Of a stretch of 64,000 nucleotides of DNA, positions 38,700 to 48,540 are shown one piece after another. Numbering within the stretch: position 1 is the stretch's first letter; the number at the start of each line of letters is the position of its first letter. The stretch comes from a bacterium (lineage in GTDB: Bacteria; UBP13; UBA5359): NCBI GenBank assembly GCA_028685295.1, contig JAQUEL010000002.1, positions 7,559 to 71,558 of the forward strand. The letters run 5' to 3'. The position numbers and the translations under genes were made by a program. Under the pieces are notes generated by a model. That model did no database searches. It was not told where the DNA came from and worked only from the letters and a program-made list of their open reading frames with translations.

Positions 38700-40013
38700 C
38701 TAATCCCTGCTTTGGCGAAAACGGTTGGGGGTAGTGCCGGTATATTTCTTGAAAACTTTGCTGAAATAACTGGAATCGTTATATCCTACTTCCAGCGCCA
38801 CCTGGGTTATACTGCGAGAAGTTTGCTTGAGTATCTGCCTGGCCTTCTCTATGCGAACCCTGGAAAGACACTCCACCAGCGTGCTGTCCATCTCCTGCTT
38901 GAAGAGACGGCTAAGATAGAACGGGCTAAGATGAACGGCCCCGGCGATCTCCTCTATGGATAGATCGCGATTGTAATTCTGTTCAATATAATCTACCGTC
39001 TGCTTGATGACACGAAAGTTCTTAAGATCGCGTATATCATAAACAGCATCTATGAAGCCATCCAGAGCTTTGACTATCCAATGAGATAACTCGTCTAAAG
39101 AATCAATACTGTAAAGCTCCTGCAGATAGTAGAAATTAAGTCCCAGGAGCCGTTCCAGACCGGCTCCGCCCTCAACAGCAGCTCGCGATAGGACTACGAC
39201 CAGTTCCAGAATGCGGGCTTTGATGACCTCCGGATGTCCCGCACTCTTAAAGAAAATATCCCCCAGCAGATTGTTGAGGATCTCTTTGGCTCCAAGACGG
39301 TCTCCCATACGGACCCTGGACAGGAGCTCTCGCTCCTTCTCTATGGGATAAAGCGGTGAAATAACTGTGCTCTTACTCTGTTCCAGTTCCTCTTCCAGGC
39401 TCTTACGAGCCTGGATCTCATCATTTAGCCGTGACTGCTGTTCACTGATTTCACGTCGCTGTGTCAGGGTCACCAATCCTGTCCCGGCCAGGTGATTGGC
39501 AATAACGAAGATCAATTCGGCTGCAGCCCGAACCCTGGGTCCGGAAACAACCTTCAGCTCTCCGGCCGCCTCCATGAGTTCTTCATGATCGATACTCAGA
39601 TCTTTGTTCTTCTCTCTGATGTCATTGAGAAAGAACTCATCCGGTTGCCACATCAGGACCTGCCCGCAAGCGATGCAACCCAAATAGCGGTCTTCCACGA
39701 GGATAGGCGCCACCCACTCCACCAGGCCGCTGTGACAGAAGAAAATATATGGCTCTCCCAGTTTGGATGCCTGTAAACCTCCCTTAAGTATGGATTGCAG
39801 GCATCGATCTGCACCCTTGAGACAGGAATTCAGCAAACTACAGAAGCGGCAGTTATCCTCATAGCCCTCCGGCTCCACCAGCTTACAGCCATCGGCATCC
39901 AGTACCCTGGCCGTAAGCCCGGTAGCTTCACGAAAAGAAGCTAATACTTTATTCAACAACTTCCGGTCAATAAGCTCTTGTAGTTCGATCTTCTCCGGCC
40001 TACGCATATACAT
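38700..40013 (-). CDS. PocR ligand-binding domain / AraC family regulator
   Basis: N-terminal CxFC...C...CHSGL...GQV PocR domain; C-terminal AraC HTH (LSPFYLSRLFK, VGYNDSSYFSKVFKK). Start set at ATG 40013. Confidence 0.9.
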   Translation of the reverse strand: MYMRRPEKIELQELIDRKLLNKVLASFREATGLTARVLDADGCKLVEPEGYEDNCRFCSLLNSCLKGADRCLQSILKGGLQASKLGEPYIFFCHSGLVEWVAPILVEDRYLGCIACGQVLMWQPDEFFLNDIREKNKDLSIDHEELMEAAGELKVVSGPRVRAAAELIFVIANHLAGTGLVTLTQRREISEQQSRLNDEIQARKSLEEELEQSKSTVISPLYPIEKERELLSRVRMGDRLGAKEILNNLLGDIFFKSAGHPEVIKARILELVVVLSRAAVEGGAGLERLLGLNFYYLQELYSIDSLDELSHWIVKALDGFIDAVYDIRDLKNFRVIKQTVDYIEQNYNRDLSIEEIAGAVHLSPFYLSRLFKQEMDSTLVECLSRVRIEKARQILKQTSRSITQVALEVGYNDSSYFSKVFKKYTGTTPNRFRQSRD

Positions 40014-40029
40014 ATGCTTCCTTGCGAAC

Positions 40030-41418
40030 TTACTTATGAAGTGCCAATCCCAGAACATCCATAGCTGCTTCGTCTACAGCCTCGGGCAACGTCGGATGAG
40101 CATGAATAGTAGCGATTATCTCTTCCACCGTTACTTCGGCCTTCATGGCTAAAGCCAGTTCACTGATAAGACTGGTAGCCTGGGGCCCGATTATATGAGC
40201 ACCTAGCACCTCGCCGTAGCGAGCATCAGCGATGATCTTGATAAAGCCCTCACGCTCTCCCATAGCCAGAGCTCTTCCTATATTGCGGAAGGGGAAGCGG
40301 CCTACTTTGATGTCACGGCCCTCCTGGCAAGCCTGCTCTTCCGTCAAGCCAACGCTGGCTATCTCCGGTGATGCAAAAACACAACTGGGCACTACCTTGT
40401 AATCCATGCTTTCATCGCCGCCCATAGCATTGGCGGCTGCTACCAGTCCCTGAGCTGAGGCCACGTGCGCCAACTGAATAATAGCGGCGGCATCACCTAT
40501 GGCATAGATGCCCGGAGCCGTAGTTCTCATATGATCATCTACCATAATGCCACGCTTTTCTACCGCCACGCCTGCTTCTTCCAATCCCAACCCCTCGAGA
40601 CAAGCACGCCTGCCTACCGCCAAAAGAACGAGATCGGCACTCTCAACCTTGTTGCCGGAAAGCTGCACCCGGCAGCCTTCACCTTCACGCTCTACTCTCT
40701 GTACACTAGCAGAGGTCATGACCCGTATTCCTTCACGCCCCAGAGCTTTCTCCATCTCCGTGCTTATTTCAATATCTTCCGTGGGCAAAATATGCGGCAA
40801 CACTTCCACCAGAGTTACCTCGGAGCCAAACTGCCTGAATATGTAGGAGAATTCCACCCCCACTGCCCCCGCGCCTATGACCAGTAGCCGACCCGGTATC
40901 TGTTGCAGCTCCAGCATTTCATCGCTGGTGACTACATTGCCCTGATCCAGGCCGCATCCCTCTATGGGAATGCCGCAAGGATAGGAACCGATAGCAAGTA
41001 TGACGTTACGTCCCTGTACTTCCTGTTCTCCTTGCTCGCTGGAAACTATAACAGATGTGCCTCTGCCCAGGCGACCGTTTCCATTGTATATATCTACATT
41101 CCCTGCTTTACAAAGATGCTCTATCCCTCCCCGCAATTGCTTGATGATCTGCTCTTTGCGCTTCATGATAGCGGATAGATCAGGAGTTACTCCCTCTACT
41201 TTGATGCCAAAACGATCGGCTTTTCGGGTAGTCGCCAGCAGCTCGGCGCTGGCGATAAGCGCTTTGGTAGGTATACACCCTCTGTTAAGACAGGTGCCTC
41301 CCAGCTTGCCTCTCTCCACCAGAGCCACACGCCCTCCCAATCTTGCAGCACGAAGTGCGGCTACATAGCCGCCGGGACCGCCGCCGATAACGATGATATC
41401 GTAAATACTATTACTCAT
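40030..41418 (-). CDS. lpdA: Dihydrolipoyl dehydrogenase (E3)
   Basis: GGGPGG, GGTCLNRGCIPTK disulfide motif, HPTLPE. Confidence 0.96.
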   Translation of the reverse strand: MSNSIYDIIVIGGGPGGYVAALRAARLGGRVALVERGKLGGTCLNRGCIPTKALIASAELLATTRKADRFGIKVEGVTPDLSAIMKRKEQIIKQLRGGIEHLCKAGNVDIYNGNGRLGRGTSVIVSSEQGEQEVQGRNVILAIGSYPCGIPIEGCGLDQGNVVTSDEMLELQQIPGRLLVIGAGAVGVEFSYIFRQFGSEVTLVEVLPHILPTEDIEISTEMEKALGREGIRVMTSASVQRVEREGEGCRVQLSGNKVESADLVLLAVGRRACLEGLGLEEAGVAVEKRGIMVDDHMRTTAPGIYAIGDAAAIIQLAHVASAQGLVAAANAMGGDESMDYKVVPSCVFASPEIASVGLTEEQACQEGRDIKVGRFPFRNIGRALAMGEREGFIKIIADARYGEVLGAHIIGPQATSLISELALAMKAEVTVEEIIATIHAHPTLPEAVDEAAMDVLGLALHK

Positions 41419-41535
41419 TACTATCCCCCTGAGATCATTTGTTACATAAAGTTCCCATCTTCGCTCTTGCGGGCTTCAATGCGGCAAACACTAAAGTGCT
41501 GATTTGAGAGGTGAGCTGGTGGACCTGACCAAATC

Positions 41536-42183
41536 TTACTTCTTTACCAGGGCCACAATAAATGCCAGCCCCAGGAACACATTCGTACGCCGCTGTGATT
41601 TCTGCAGGCGCTGCTCCATCTCTTTGGAAGCCTTTATATTATCATTGGCATCGGACAGATCTTTTTTAAGTGCGGATACCTCCGAATTGGCTGCTACTAA
41701 TTCGGTTTTAGTCTTGGCTAAATCTATCTTCAGGCCATCGAGCTCTTTTTGCAGGCCCCTCATACCTACCGTCATTCTGGCAAAATCCTCATTCAGGACG
41801 ACCCTTTGCTTCTCCAGATTGGCTATCTTCTCATCAAGAGCCTTCATTTTATCCTGTGCATCCACCATCTCGTTGCGGAATTCGTTAATCAGCTTACGTA
41901 CGCCATCCAGATCTTCCCGCAGTGCCTGAACCTTGCCGCCCTCTATCTCTTTAAGCAATTTATCCACAGCCAAAGCAAACTCCATACGAGTAACCGGCTT
42001 GCCTGATCCTAAAACACCGCCTTCATAGCTGGACAGGTAACCCTTGCTGATAAGGTTTTGCATCGTCTTATAAGCCCAATGATCGGGGCTTATTTCATCT
42101 GCTTCCGCTGCCATAGCCGCAGTCGGCATTATGAACAGCATCAGTAGTACCAGCAACAGATATTTTCTCACTCCAAACCACAT
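41536..42183 (-). CDS. SLH domain + coiled coil + C-terminal hydrophobic helix (Omp-alpha-like architecture)
   Basis: Signal peptide; HWAY...GY...TRMEFA SLH domain; about 110-aa heptad region; NVFLGLAFIVALV C-terminus. Confidence 0.8.
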   Translation of the reverse strand: MWFGVRKYLLLVLLMLFIMPTAAMAAEADEISPDHWAYKTMQNLISKGYLSSYEGGVLGSGKPVTRMEFALAVDKLLKEIEGGKVQALREDLDGVRKLINEFRNEMVDAQDKMKALDEKIANLEKQRVVLNEDFARMTVGMRGLQKELDGLKIDLAKTKTELVAANSEVSALKKDLSDANDNIKASKEMEQRLQKSQRRTNVFLGLAFIVALVKK

Positions 42184-42195
42184 CCTTAATATTTA

Positions 42196-44238
42196 TTATT
42201 CAACAGAGATCTCCGCCCGGCAGCCAGGAAGCTCTATCTCCTTGCCCTTGCCGTCCTTTATGCTCTTTTCCACCAGTTGAACCGTAGCTACGCCCGTCTG
42301 CAGCGTTCTAAAATGCAGCACGCAAAGGCTGCCGCTGCCGGAGAACGGCTGGCTGCCGCTGCCGGATATTGTTATTCTGCCAGCTTGCCGGTCTATCGCC
42401 GGTTCTATCCACTCGGACAGGGATTCACCATGAACAAAGAGAGTACCCCGCGAGATAAAGACGGGTTCCATAATTACGGGATCGTAGGTTATCACTGCCT
42501 GCCCGCAAGTAAACTCCCTCAGCCTGTCCAGCATTAATTCAATATCGATAAATCCACCGGCCTCAATGCGGCTCTTACCGGGCTGGAAATACGTTGTGGG
42601 CCTGAAACGGGGAACGGATATTCTACCGGATACTTTTTGAGCATCTACACTGGTGGAGTATACCGCCACCTGATAGATCAGATCTCCTTCCGCCCATTTC
42701 GATGGCGAGAGGTTCCATTTGAATTCTATTTCCTGTCCCGGTCCCAGATAGGGAATGCTCTCCAACGGCAGTGAGCCGGAAATCAGCTTCAGCTCATCCC
42801 CGGGTATCATGTAAACCCTAACGTTGCCGGCTTCAGAGCCGCCCGTATTACTGAGAAGCGCCCTGACTTGAAGAGGATCAGGCTGCCTGATGCCGTCGAT
42901 ATCCAATATCTGAGCCTCCGGGGCCATTGTTTTGAGGACCAGCCTGGGAGGAGAGAGAATGTTTATTCCCCGATTTACTTTGTTGCTCTCAATATTAGAA
43001 GAGAACACCTCAAGCGTCAGTATCTGCTTGCCTCCAGAGAGACCACTGGCCTGCACACTCCAGACCATCTGCCTGACCTCGCCGATATCCATATTGCCGA
43101 TATCGCGCTCTGCCCTGTCATCGGCAAAGGCCAGCCCCTCCGGCAGCTTGAGGACAGCCTTGACGTCACGAGCTTCAAAGCCGCCGCTGTTCTCCAAATA
43201 GCCGATAATAGTGATTATCCCTTGCTTGTCCTTGCCGCTCTGTACTTCGGCTGGAGCAGTGATACCCAGGGTCAGACGGCCAGGCTGTATATCCACTCCA
43301 CCCAGCCCGTAGTAAGTCGTTACCGTTCGAGATGCCCCCGCTCCAAGCTCGACCGGATCCCAAAATAGCGCTACGGCACTATCAAGCTCCTCTTCATCCT
43401 TGCGGATAAAGGGCGTACCCGGTTCAACACTGATACTCCACATCTCATCGGCAGCGGTGCCCCAATCCGTAAAACAGACCCTATCGGGAGTTACGGCATG
43501 CAAACCGCGCAGCGTTCCCTGCGCCACGACATGAGGATCGCTGAGGGAATCAAAAGCCAGCCAGTAATCCGGGATCTCGGCCCCATAGAGCCAGGCAGCA
43601 CCTGTCAATGCCTTCTCTCCGACACGGAACGGTGCGCCGTCATTATCGCCCAGCATGGTATCCAGTAGTACCCGTATGCCTATGCTGTGAGGCTTATCAT
43701 CAAGATTGGATATTCTGTAAGTGATTTCAGCCGTATCCTCCATACGTGTAGTCAAGCTGCGAGCAAAGCTCAGGATTTGTGTTACCTCGACAGGGCCGAA
43801 ACGACAAGTGGTAACCAGTGCTCTGTTCTGGGCTCTGGGCAGGCCGGATATGACGCCGGTCGGTCCGCCCCTGCCGGAACGACGTTTGGTCGGTCCGCCG
43901 AAAATATAGTCCTGACCGTCTATGCGTATGGTAGTATATGAAGTCCAGGGAACAGGGCGCCCATATATCAAAGGTTTATCGTCGTCGCTATCGCGCCCTA
44001 TATCGCCGCCAGTGGTATCGACGGATATACGTCCGGTATCATAATCACCGGCATTGACACGTAAAGAGATGAATTCATTGGAGATTACAGCTACCGATCC
44101 TTCGTTCACTTCTGCTCGAGCAGCACAAGCGCCTGCCGCTAATAGGATAAATAACGCCGCTATCCAGAAAATGCGCTCTTTAAGCGAGGTTGTCGGTTGT
44201 CGGTTGTTGATTGTTGATTTCGGGATTCCCATATTCAT
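42196..44238 (-). CDS. Secreted multi-Ig-like protein with a C-terminal cohesin domain
   Basis: Signal peptide; two CARDB/NEW3-like repeats (LENSGG..A..V; LSNTGG..A..V); C-terminal ITYDP...GSGSLCVLHF cohesin pattern. Confidence 0.7.
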   Translation of the reverse strand: MNMGIPKSTINNRQPTTSLKERIFWIAALFILLAAGACAARAEVNEGSVAVISNEFISLRVNAGDYDTGRISVDTTGGDIGRDSDDDKPLIYGRPVPWTSYTTIRIDGQDYIFGGPTKRRSGRGGPTGVISGLPRAQNRALVTTCRFGPVEVTQILSFARSLTTRMEDTAEITYRISNLDDKPHSIGIRVLLDTMLGDNDGAPFRVGEKALTGAAWLYGAEIPDYWLAFDSLSDPHVVAQGTLRGLHAVTPDRVCFTDWGTAADEMWSISVEPGTPFIRKDEEELDSAVALFWDPVELGAGASRTVTTYYGLGGVDIQPGRLTLGITAPAEVQSGKDKQGIITIIGYLENSGGFEARDVKAVLKLPEGLAFADDRAERDIGNMDIGEVRQMVWSVQASGLSGGKQILTLEVFSSNIESNKVNRGINILSPPRLVLKTMAPEAQILDIDGIRQPDPLQVRALLSNTGGSEAGNVRVYMIPGDELKLISGSLPLESIPYLGPGQEIEFKWNLSPSKWAEGDLIYQVAVYSTSVDAQKVSGRISVPRFRPTTYFQPGKSRIEAGGFIDIELMLDRLREFTCGQAVITYDPVIMEPVFISRGTLFVHGESLSEWIEPAIDRQAGRITISGSGSQPFSGSGSLCVLHFRTLQTGVATVQLVEKSIKDGKGKEIELPGCRAEISVE
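44188..44215. repeat. Four imperfect heptamer tandem repeats
   Basis: GGTTGTC GGTTGTC GGTTGTT GATTGTT inside the 5' end of the cohesin gene. Confidence 0.7.
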
Positions 44239-44294
44239 TCCTTGTTATTCGTTATTCGGCTCAGATACGGATTACCGGCTCGATCTCCTAGCTT

Positions 44295-44332
44295 CTGCAT
44301 CTGCGCACACGCCCGGGTGTTTGCAGATGCAG
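44295..44332. other. Strong intergenic hairpin between tonB and the cohesin gene
   Basis: Perfect 10-bp CTGCATCTGC/GCAGATGCAG with an extendable inner stem; no U tract on the coding strand. Confidence 0.6.
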
Positions 44333-44344
44333 CCCCTGTTTCTG

Positions 44345-45073
44345 CTAGTCGCTCTCGCCGAACTTCACCGTTATCGTAATCCAATCCGCCACAGGATGCC
44401 CGCTCTTTAAACGCGGCTTAAAGCGCCATCTCCTGCTTATTTCTCGCAAGGCTCTGCTATCCAGCTCACTATAACCGGAACCTTCCTGCAATTCGATTTG
44501 AGCAGGAGTGCCATCTTCAGCTACCAGCACATTGAAAACCACTTTTGCCTTGATCACGCCCCGGTTTTCAAGCCCCTTGGGAATAGAGGGCCATCTGCCC
44601 GGGCCAATAGCTATAGGCGCTCCGGTATCACCTTCACCAGGGCCTTCTCGATGCCCCTGCGTTGTACCGGATCCCGGAATGCCGGATGTCGTCCTGTTTC
44701 CCTGTCCCTGGCCTTTAGCATCCGCCTGTGCATCTCCAGAATGTCTACCCGGAGTTTTAGAAGCTCCTGAAGCCTCTACCTGGCTGGGAACAGGCCTGGG
44801 CTGAACAGATTGCACCTGTTCACTATCTACGTTTTGACCAGGTGTTCTTTCTGCTATGGCCGGCTCCAAAAAGGCAGGATCTTCAATATCCGCCGGCGAA
44901 TTCTCACCAGAAACAGGCAAGACCAGCTCCTCCGCCTCCTCTAGCAGGGTAACGGGCACGAAAACCTCCATCGGCTGCAGCATTGTAACTCCGCCCTTTA
45001 TCACCAGAAAAAGCAGCGCATGCAACAGCATGGATATAAAGGTTGCTAAAATTATGGGACGATTCTTTCTCAA
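44345..45073 (-). CDS. tonB: Energy transducer TonB
   Basis: TM anchor with SMLLH, low-complexity linker, TonB_C (SGY..LD..A....RWRFKP). Confidence 0.88.
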   Translation of the reverse strand: MRKNRPIILATFISMLLHALLFLVIKGGVTMLQPMEVFVPVTLLEEAEELVLPVSGENSPADIEDPAFLEPAIAERTPGQNVDSEQVQSVQPRPVPSQVEASGASKTPGRHSGDAQADAKGQGQGNRTTSGIPGSGTTQGHREGPGEGDTGAPIAIGPGRWPSIPKGLENRGVIKAKVVFNVLVAEDGTPAQIELQEGSGYSELDSRALREISRRWRFKPRLKSGHPVADWITITVKFGESD

Positions 45074-45501
45074 CCGGTCTTCTCCTTGATGACAGCCAGG
45101 GATAGATTGCCCAGGCCGGCACCTCTGACTTCATCAAGCACACGCACAACAACATCATATATTACATTCTTATCGGCTCTGACGATCACTGCCGTAGCAG
45201 GCCTGTCCATACCGGCTTCCACCAGCCGGTTACGCATCTGATCCCATGTAACCTCATTATCGTTAATCTCAATTCTTCCATCCCGGCTCAGACTGATAAC
45301 TATATTGGCGTTCTGCTGAATAGTTGTCCTGGCTTTAGGCAGATTCACTTTCATGCTGGCCGATGAAGAAGCAACCGTCATAGTAACAGCAAAGAAAATC
45401 AACAGATTGAAAACAGCATCGATCAACGGTGTCGTTTCCAAAAAGGGACGGCGCTTAGTGGAACGACGATAATTCCGCAACTCAAACTGCATCCGTCTCA
45501 C
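45070..45501 (-). CDS. exbD: Biopolymer transporter ExbD/TolR
   Basis: TPLIDAVFNLLIFF (conserved Asp), VNLPKA, VIVRAD. Confidence 0.92.
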   Translation of the reverse strand: MRRMQFELRNYRRSTKRRPFLETTPLIDAVFNLLIFFAVTMTVASSSASMKVNLPKARTTIQQNANIVISLSRDGRIEINDNEVTWDQMRNRLVEAGMDRPATAVIVRADKNVIYDVVVRVLDEVRGAGLGNLSLAVIKEKTG

Positions 45502-46102
45502 CCCGGCTCTTCATGTAATTCATCAATTCTGTGGCTCTTTTTTCCATCTCATTAAGAATGTCATCAATTTTGCCGGAGAGAGCATTGTAAACAATCATAA
45601 AGGGTATGGCTATAAGCAATCCGGTAAAGGTAGTGATTAGCGCTTCGGCAATTCCAGCCGATAGGGCTGTGTAATTGCCGATTTCTTCACCGGAAATGAC
45701 ATTGAATATCTTTATCAGGCCTGATATCGTCCCCAGCAGGCCCAGCATAGGAGAAATGGTTATTATAGTGGAGAGCAAGCCCATAAAACGCTCCAGGCGA
45801 GGAATCTCTATCAGCGCCGCTTCTTTCACCGCTTCCCGGAGCTCCTCGCGGTTGCGATCATGTGCCGCCAAGCTAACGGCAAGCACTCTGGCTACCGGCC
45901 CCGGTGTTTCTTCACAGAGGCTCAAAGCCTCCTCAACCCCTCCCCGTGCTACCTTGGCTTTAACCAGGTTCATCAATCTGGAGGTATTGATCCCGGCCCG
46001 CCCCAGATGATAGAAGCGCTCAAGACTTACCGCCAGGGCTATAACCGAACAGACCACCAATGGATACATCACCGGCCCGCCCTTGAGGAAATACTGCAAC
46101 AT
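45482..46102 (-). CDS. exbB: MotA/TolQ/ExbB proton channel
   Basis: KGGPVM, SPMLGLLGTI.G, GIAEALITT. Start set at ATG 46102. Confidence 0.92.
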   Translation of the reverse strand: MLQYFLKGGPVMYPLVVCSVIALAVSLERFYHLGRAGINTSRLMNLVKAKVARGGVEEALSLCEETPGPVARVLAVSLAAHDRNREELREAVKEAALIEIPRLERFMGLLSTIITISPMLGLLGTISGLIKIFNVISGEEIGNYTALSAGIAEALITTFTGLLIAIPFMIVYNALSGKIDDILNEMEKRATELMNYMKSRGETDAV

Positions 46103-46303
46103 AATCGTCCCCCATCCCTTCACCATGTTTGACATTACAATAGCCTGTCCTGTCCATATACGAACAAGGCAGGCAAAACGTTTCGGGGAGAGCTTGCTAC
46201 AAAGCGTTCCTCGGCAGTACCTTCCAGCCGGCACCTGCTTCAACGCCTCCCCCTCCTTGGGTATTCGTTACCAGCCGGATATTTCCCTTCCTATGCCGAA
46301 AAC

Positions 46304-47092
46304 TCAATACATCTGCTGCCCGCCTGTAACGTTGATAGCCTGTCCTGTAATATATGAGGCTTCATCCGAAACTAGAAAAACCACCACATTGGCCACGTCC
46401 TGCAGGTCACAGGAGCGCCCTAACGGTACCTTCTCCACATATTTGGCTCTTACTTGCTCTGGCGGAATACCCAGCTTTTTAGCGTATTCCTTGTCCAATC
46501 TATCCCAAAGAGGCGTTTCAAAGACATTTCCCGGGCAGACAGCGTTAACCGTTATTCCGAACGGCGCCAGATCAAGGGCTGCGCTCTGTGTCATACCAAT
46601 GATGCCGAATTTCGAGGTGCTGTAAGCCGCCAGCCAAAGCCCACCCTTCTTGCCCGATTTGGAACTCATATTGATGATGCGGCCACTCTTTTGCTCAATC
46701 ATAATCCTGGCTGCTTCACGAGTGCAAAGCATCGTGCCTCTGAGATTTACGGACATAGAGAGATCCCAGTCCTTGAGCTCCATATCGAATATTGGCTTGC
46801 TATGCAGAATACCGGCATTATTGACCAGGATATCCAGACGACCGAATTTATCTATAACAGCCTTGAAGGCATCTGCTACCTGCGCTTCATCAGAAATATC
46901 CACTCCCAGAGCCAGCGAACGCCTCCCTCCAGCCTCTATCTCCTCTGTCACAGCCTGCGCATTATGATAATTAAGATCAGCTACAGCTACATGACAACCC
47001 TCCTCAGCCAGGCGAAGGGCTAATCCTCTGCCTATGCCCTGTCCTGCCCCAGTCGCCAAAGCGATTTTATTTTCCAATCTGTTGCAACACAT
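46304..47092 (-). CDS. SDR oxidoreductase, sorbitol-6-phosphate dehydrogenase (SrlD)-like
   Basis: TGAGQGIG, NNAG, SKSGK, YSTSK; C-terminal YAKKLGI...KVPL.R.C..QDV...GQAINVTGGQ resembling SrlD. Confidence 0.8.
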   Translation of the reverse strand: MCCNRLENKIALATGAGQGIGRGLALRLAEEGCHVAVADLNYHNAQAVTEEIEAGGRRSLALGVDISDEAQVADAFKAVIDKFGRLDILVNNAGILHSKPIFDMELKDWDLSMSVNLRGTMLCTREAARIMIEQKSGRIINMSSKSGKKGGLWLAAYSTSKFGIIGMTQSAALDLAPFGITVNAVCPGNVFETPLWDRLDKEYAKKLGIPPEQVRAKYVEKVPLGRSCDLQDVANVVVFLVSDEASYITGQAINVTGGQQMY

Positions 47093-47205
47093 TTTACTTC
47101 TGCCTCCTTATTCCAGCCAAAATCTGAAGCCTGAAGTAGTTCACGCTCAGACAGTCTACTGGAGTGTTCTACTTCAGACTATCCGCTAAATTACCTGCCC
47201 GAACA

Positions 47206-48525
47206 TTAGACCAGCATCAACTCCGGTTGCTCCAGCAGAGATTTGATCCGTTGCAGGAAACGAGCAGCATCAGCCCCATCCATAACCCGATGATCGAAGA
47301 CCATGCTCAAATACATCATGGAGCGCGAAACGATCTGACCATCGACCACTGCCGGCTTCTCCTTGATAGCACCGACTCCCAGGATTCCGGTCTGGGGCGG
47401 ATTGATGATGGGCGTAAAGGCCTCCACACCAAAAGCACCGAGATTGGTTACAGTAAAGGTGCCGCCGTTCATCTCGGCTGCACCGAGCTTGCCCTGCCGG
47501 GCTTTCTCTACCAACCCCTTGATGGAAGCCGATATGGCTGCCAGACCCAGTGCATCAGCCTCTCTGATAACCGGAACAACCAGGCCCTGTTCCAGAGCTA
47601 CGGCCACCCCCAGATTGACATCTTTGTGCAGTGTTATTTCCTCCCCGTCAAAGGTGGAATTAATCAACGACATTTCCGATAGCGCCAGAGCTGTGGCCTT
47701 GGCGATAATATCGGTGAATGTCAGACGCACACCAGCGGCCTTTTCCACCACGGGCAATAGCCGTCCTCTCATAGCTACTGCAGCCGTCATATCCACTTCG
47801 CTGATCAGAGTAACCTGCACAGCGGTATGAGCACTCTGCGATAACCTGTCGGCAATGATCTTCCTCATACCGGCCAGCTTAATGACCTCTCCCACAGCGG
47901 ATGCCGATACTGCCGCCGGGATATCCCGGCTGTAAATCTTGCCTCCGGGCCCGCTTCCGATTATACCGGACAAGTCCGTGCCTTCGACAGCGGCCATCCT
48001 GGCAGCCAGGGGAGTAACCGAAGGTTTTTCCAACAGATAGGCTTTCACATCCCTCTCTACTATTCTTCCACCCGGACCACTGCCTCTGCCGGCTAATACT
48101 TCTACGGATACTCCGCGATCATTGGCCAGCCTTCTGGCCCGTGGCGATATCTTTATCCGCGCTTCTTCCGGCACCACCGTCTCCACGTCTTCCGGCAATG
48201 TTACAGGGGTTTGCTCTTTCAGCGTTTTCTTCGGCCCCGCCGTTTCCTGAGCCTTGCTGCCGGTGTTTAATTCCGGAAGCTTCTCTCCGGCTTCACCGAT
48301 AACGGCTATAGGTTCATAAACCGGCACGGTAGTTCCCTCTGAAGCTACTATCTTTAGTATGACGCCGGAAGCAACAGCCACAACTTCCATATTAGCTTTA
48401 TCTGTTTCTACTTCTACAATAGGATCGCCCCTCTTGACTGTATCACCCTCTTTGACCATCCATCTGGCTATAGTGCCTTCATCCATAGTCTCAGCCAGCA
48501 AGGGCATTATCATAATATGAGCCAT
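47206..48525 (-). CDS. acoC: Dihydrolipoamide acyltransferase (E2) of an acetoin/2-oxoacid dehydrogenase complex
   Basis: Lipoyl domain ETDKAN, two E3-binding repeats, catalytic DHRVMDG. The aco versus pdh assignment is by context. Confidence 0.88.
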   Translation of the reverse strand: MAHIMIMPLLAETMDEGTIARWMVKEGDTVKRGDPIVEVETDKANMEVVAVASGVILKIVASEGTTVPVYEPIAVIGEAGEKLPELNTGSKAQETAGPKKTLKEQTPVTLPEDVETVVPEEARIKISPRARRLANDRGVSVEVLAGRGSGPGGRIVERDVKAYLLEKPSVTPLAARMAAVEGTDLSGIIGSGPGGKIYSRDIPAAVSASAVGEVIKLAGMRKIIADRLSQSAHTAVQVTLISEVDMTAAVAMRGRLLPVVEKAAGVRLTFTDIIAKATALALSEMSLINSTFDGEEITLHKDVNLGVAVALEQGLVVPVIREADALGLAAISASIKGLVEKARQGKLGAAEMNGGTFTVTNLGAFGVEAFTPIINPPQTGILGVGAIKEKPAVVDGQIVSRSMMYLSMVFDHRVMDGADAARFLQRIKSLLEQPELMLV

Positions 48526-48540
48526 TATTCAGCGTCCTCC

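Noticed and set aside
42196-44238. Cellulosome scaffoldin
   Set aside because: There is only one cohesin-like domain and no dockerin-bearing enzyme is seen in the window.
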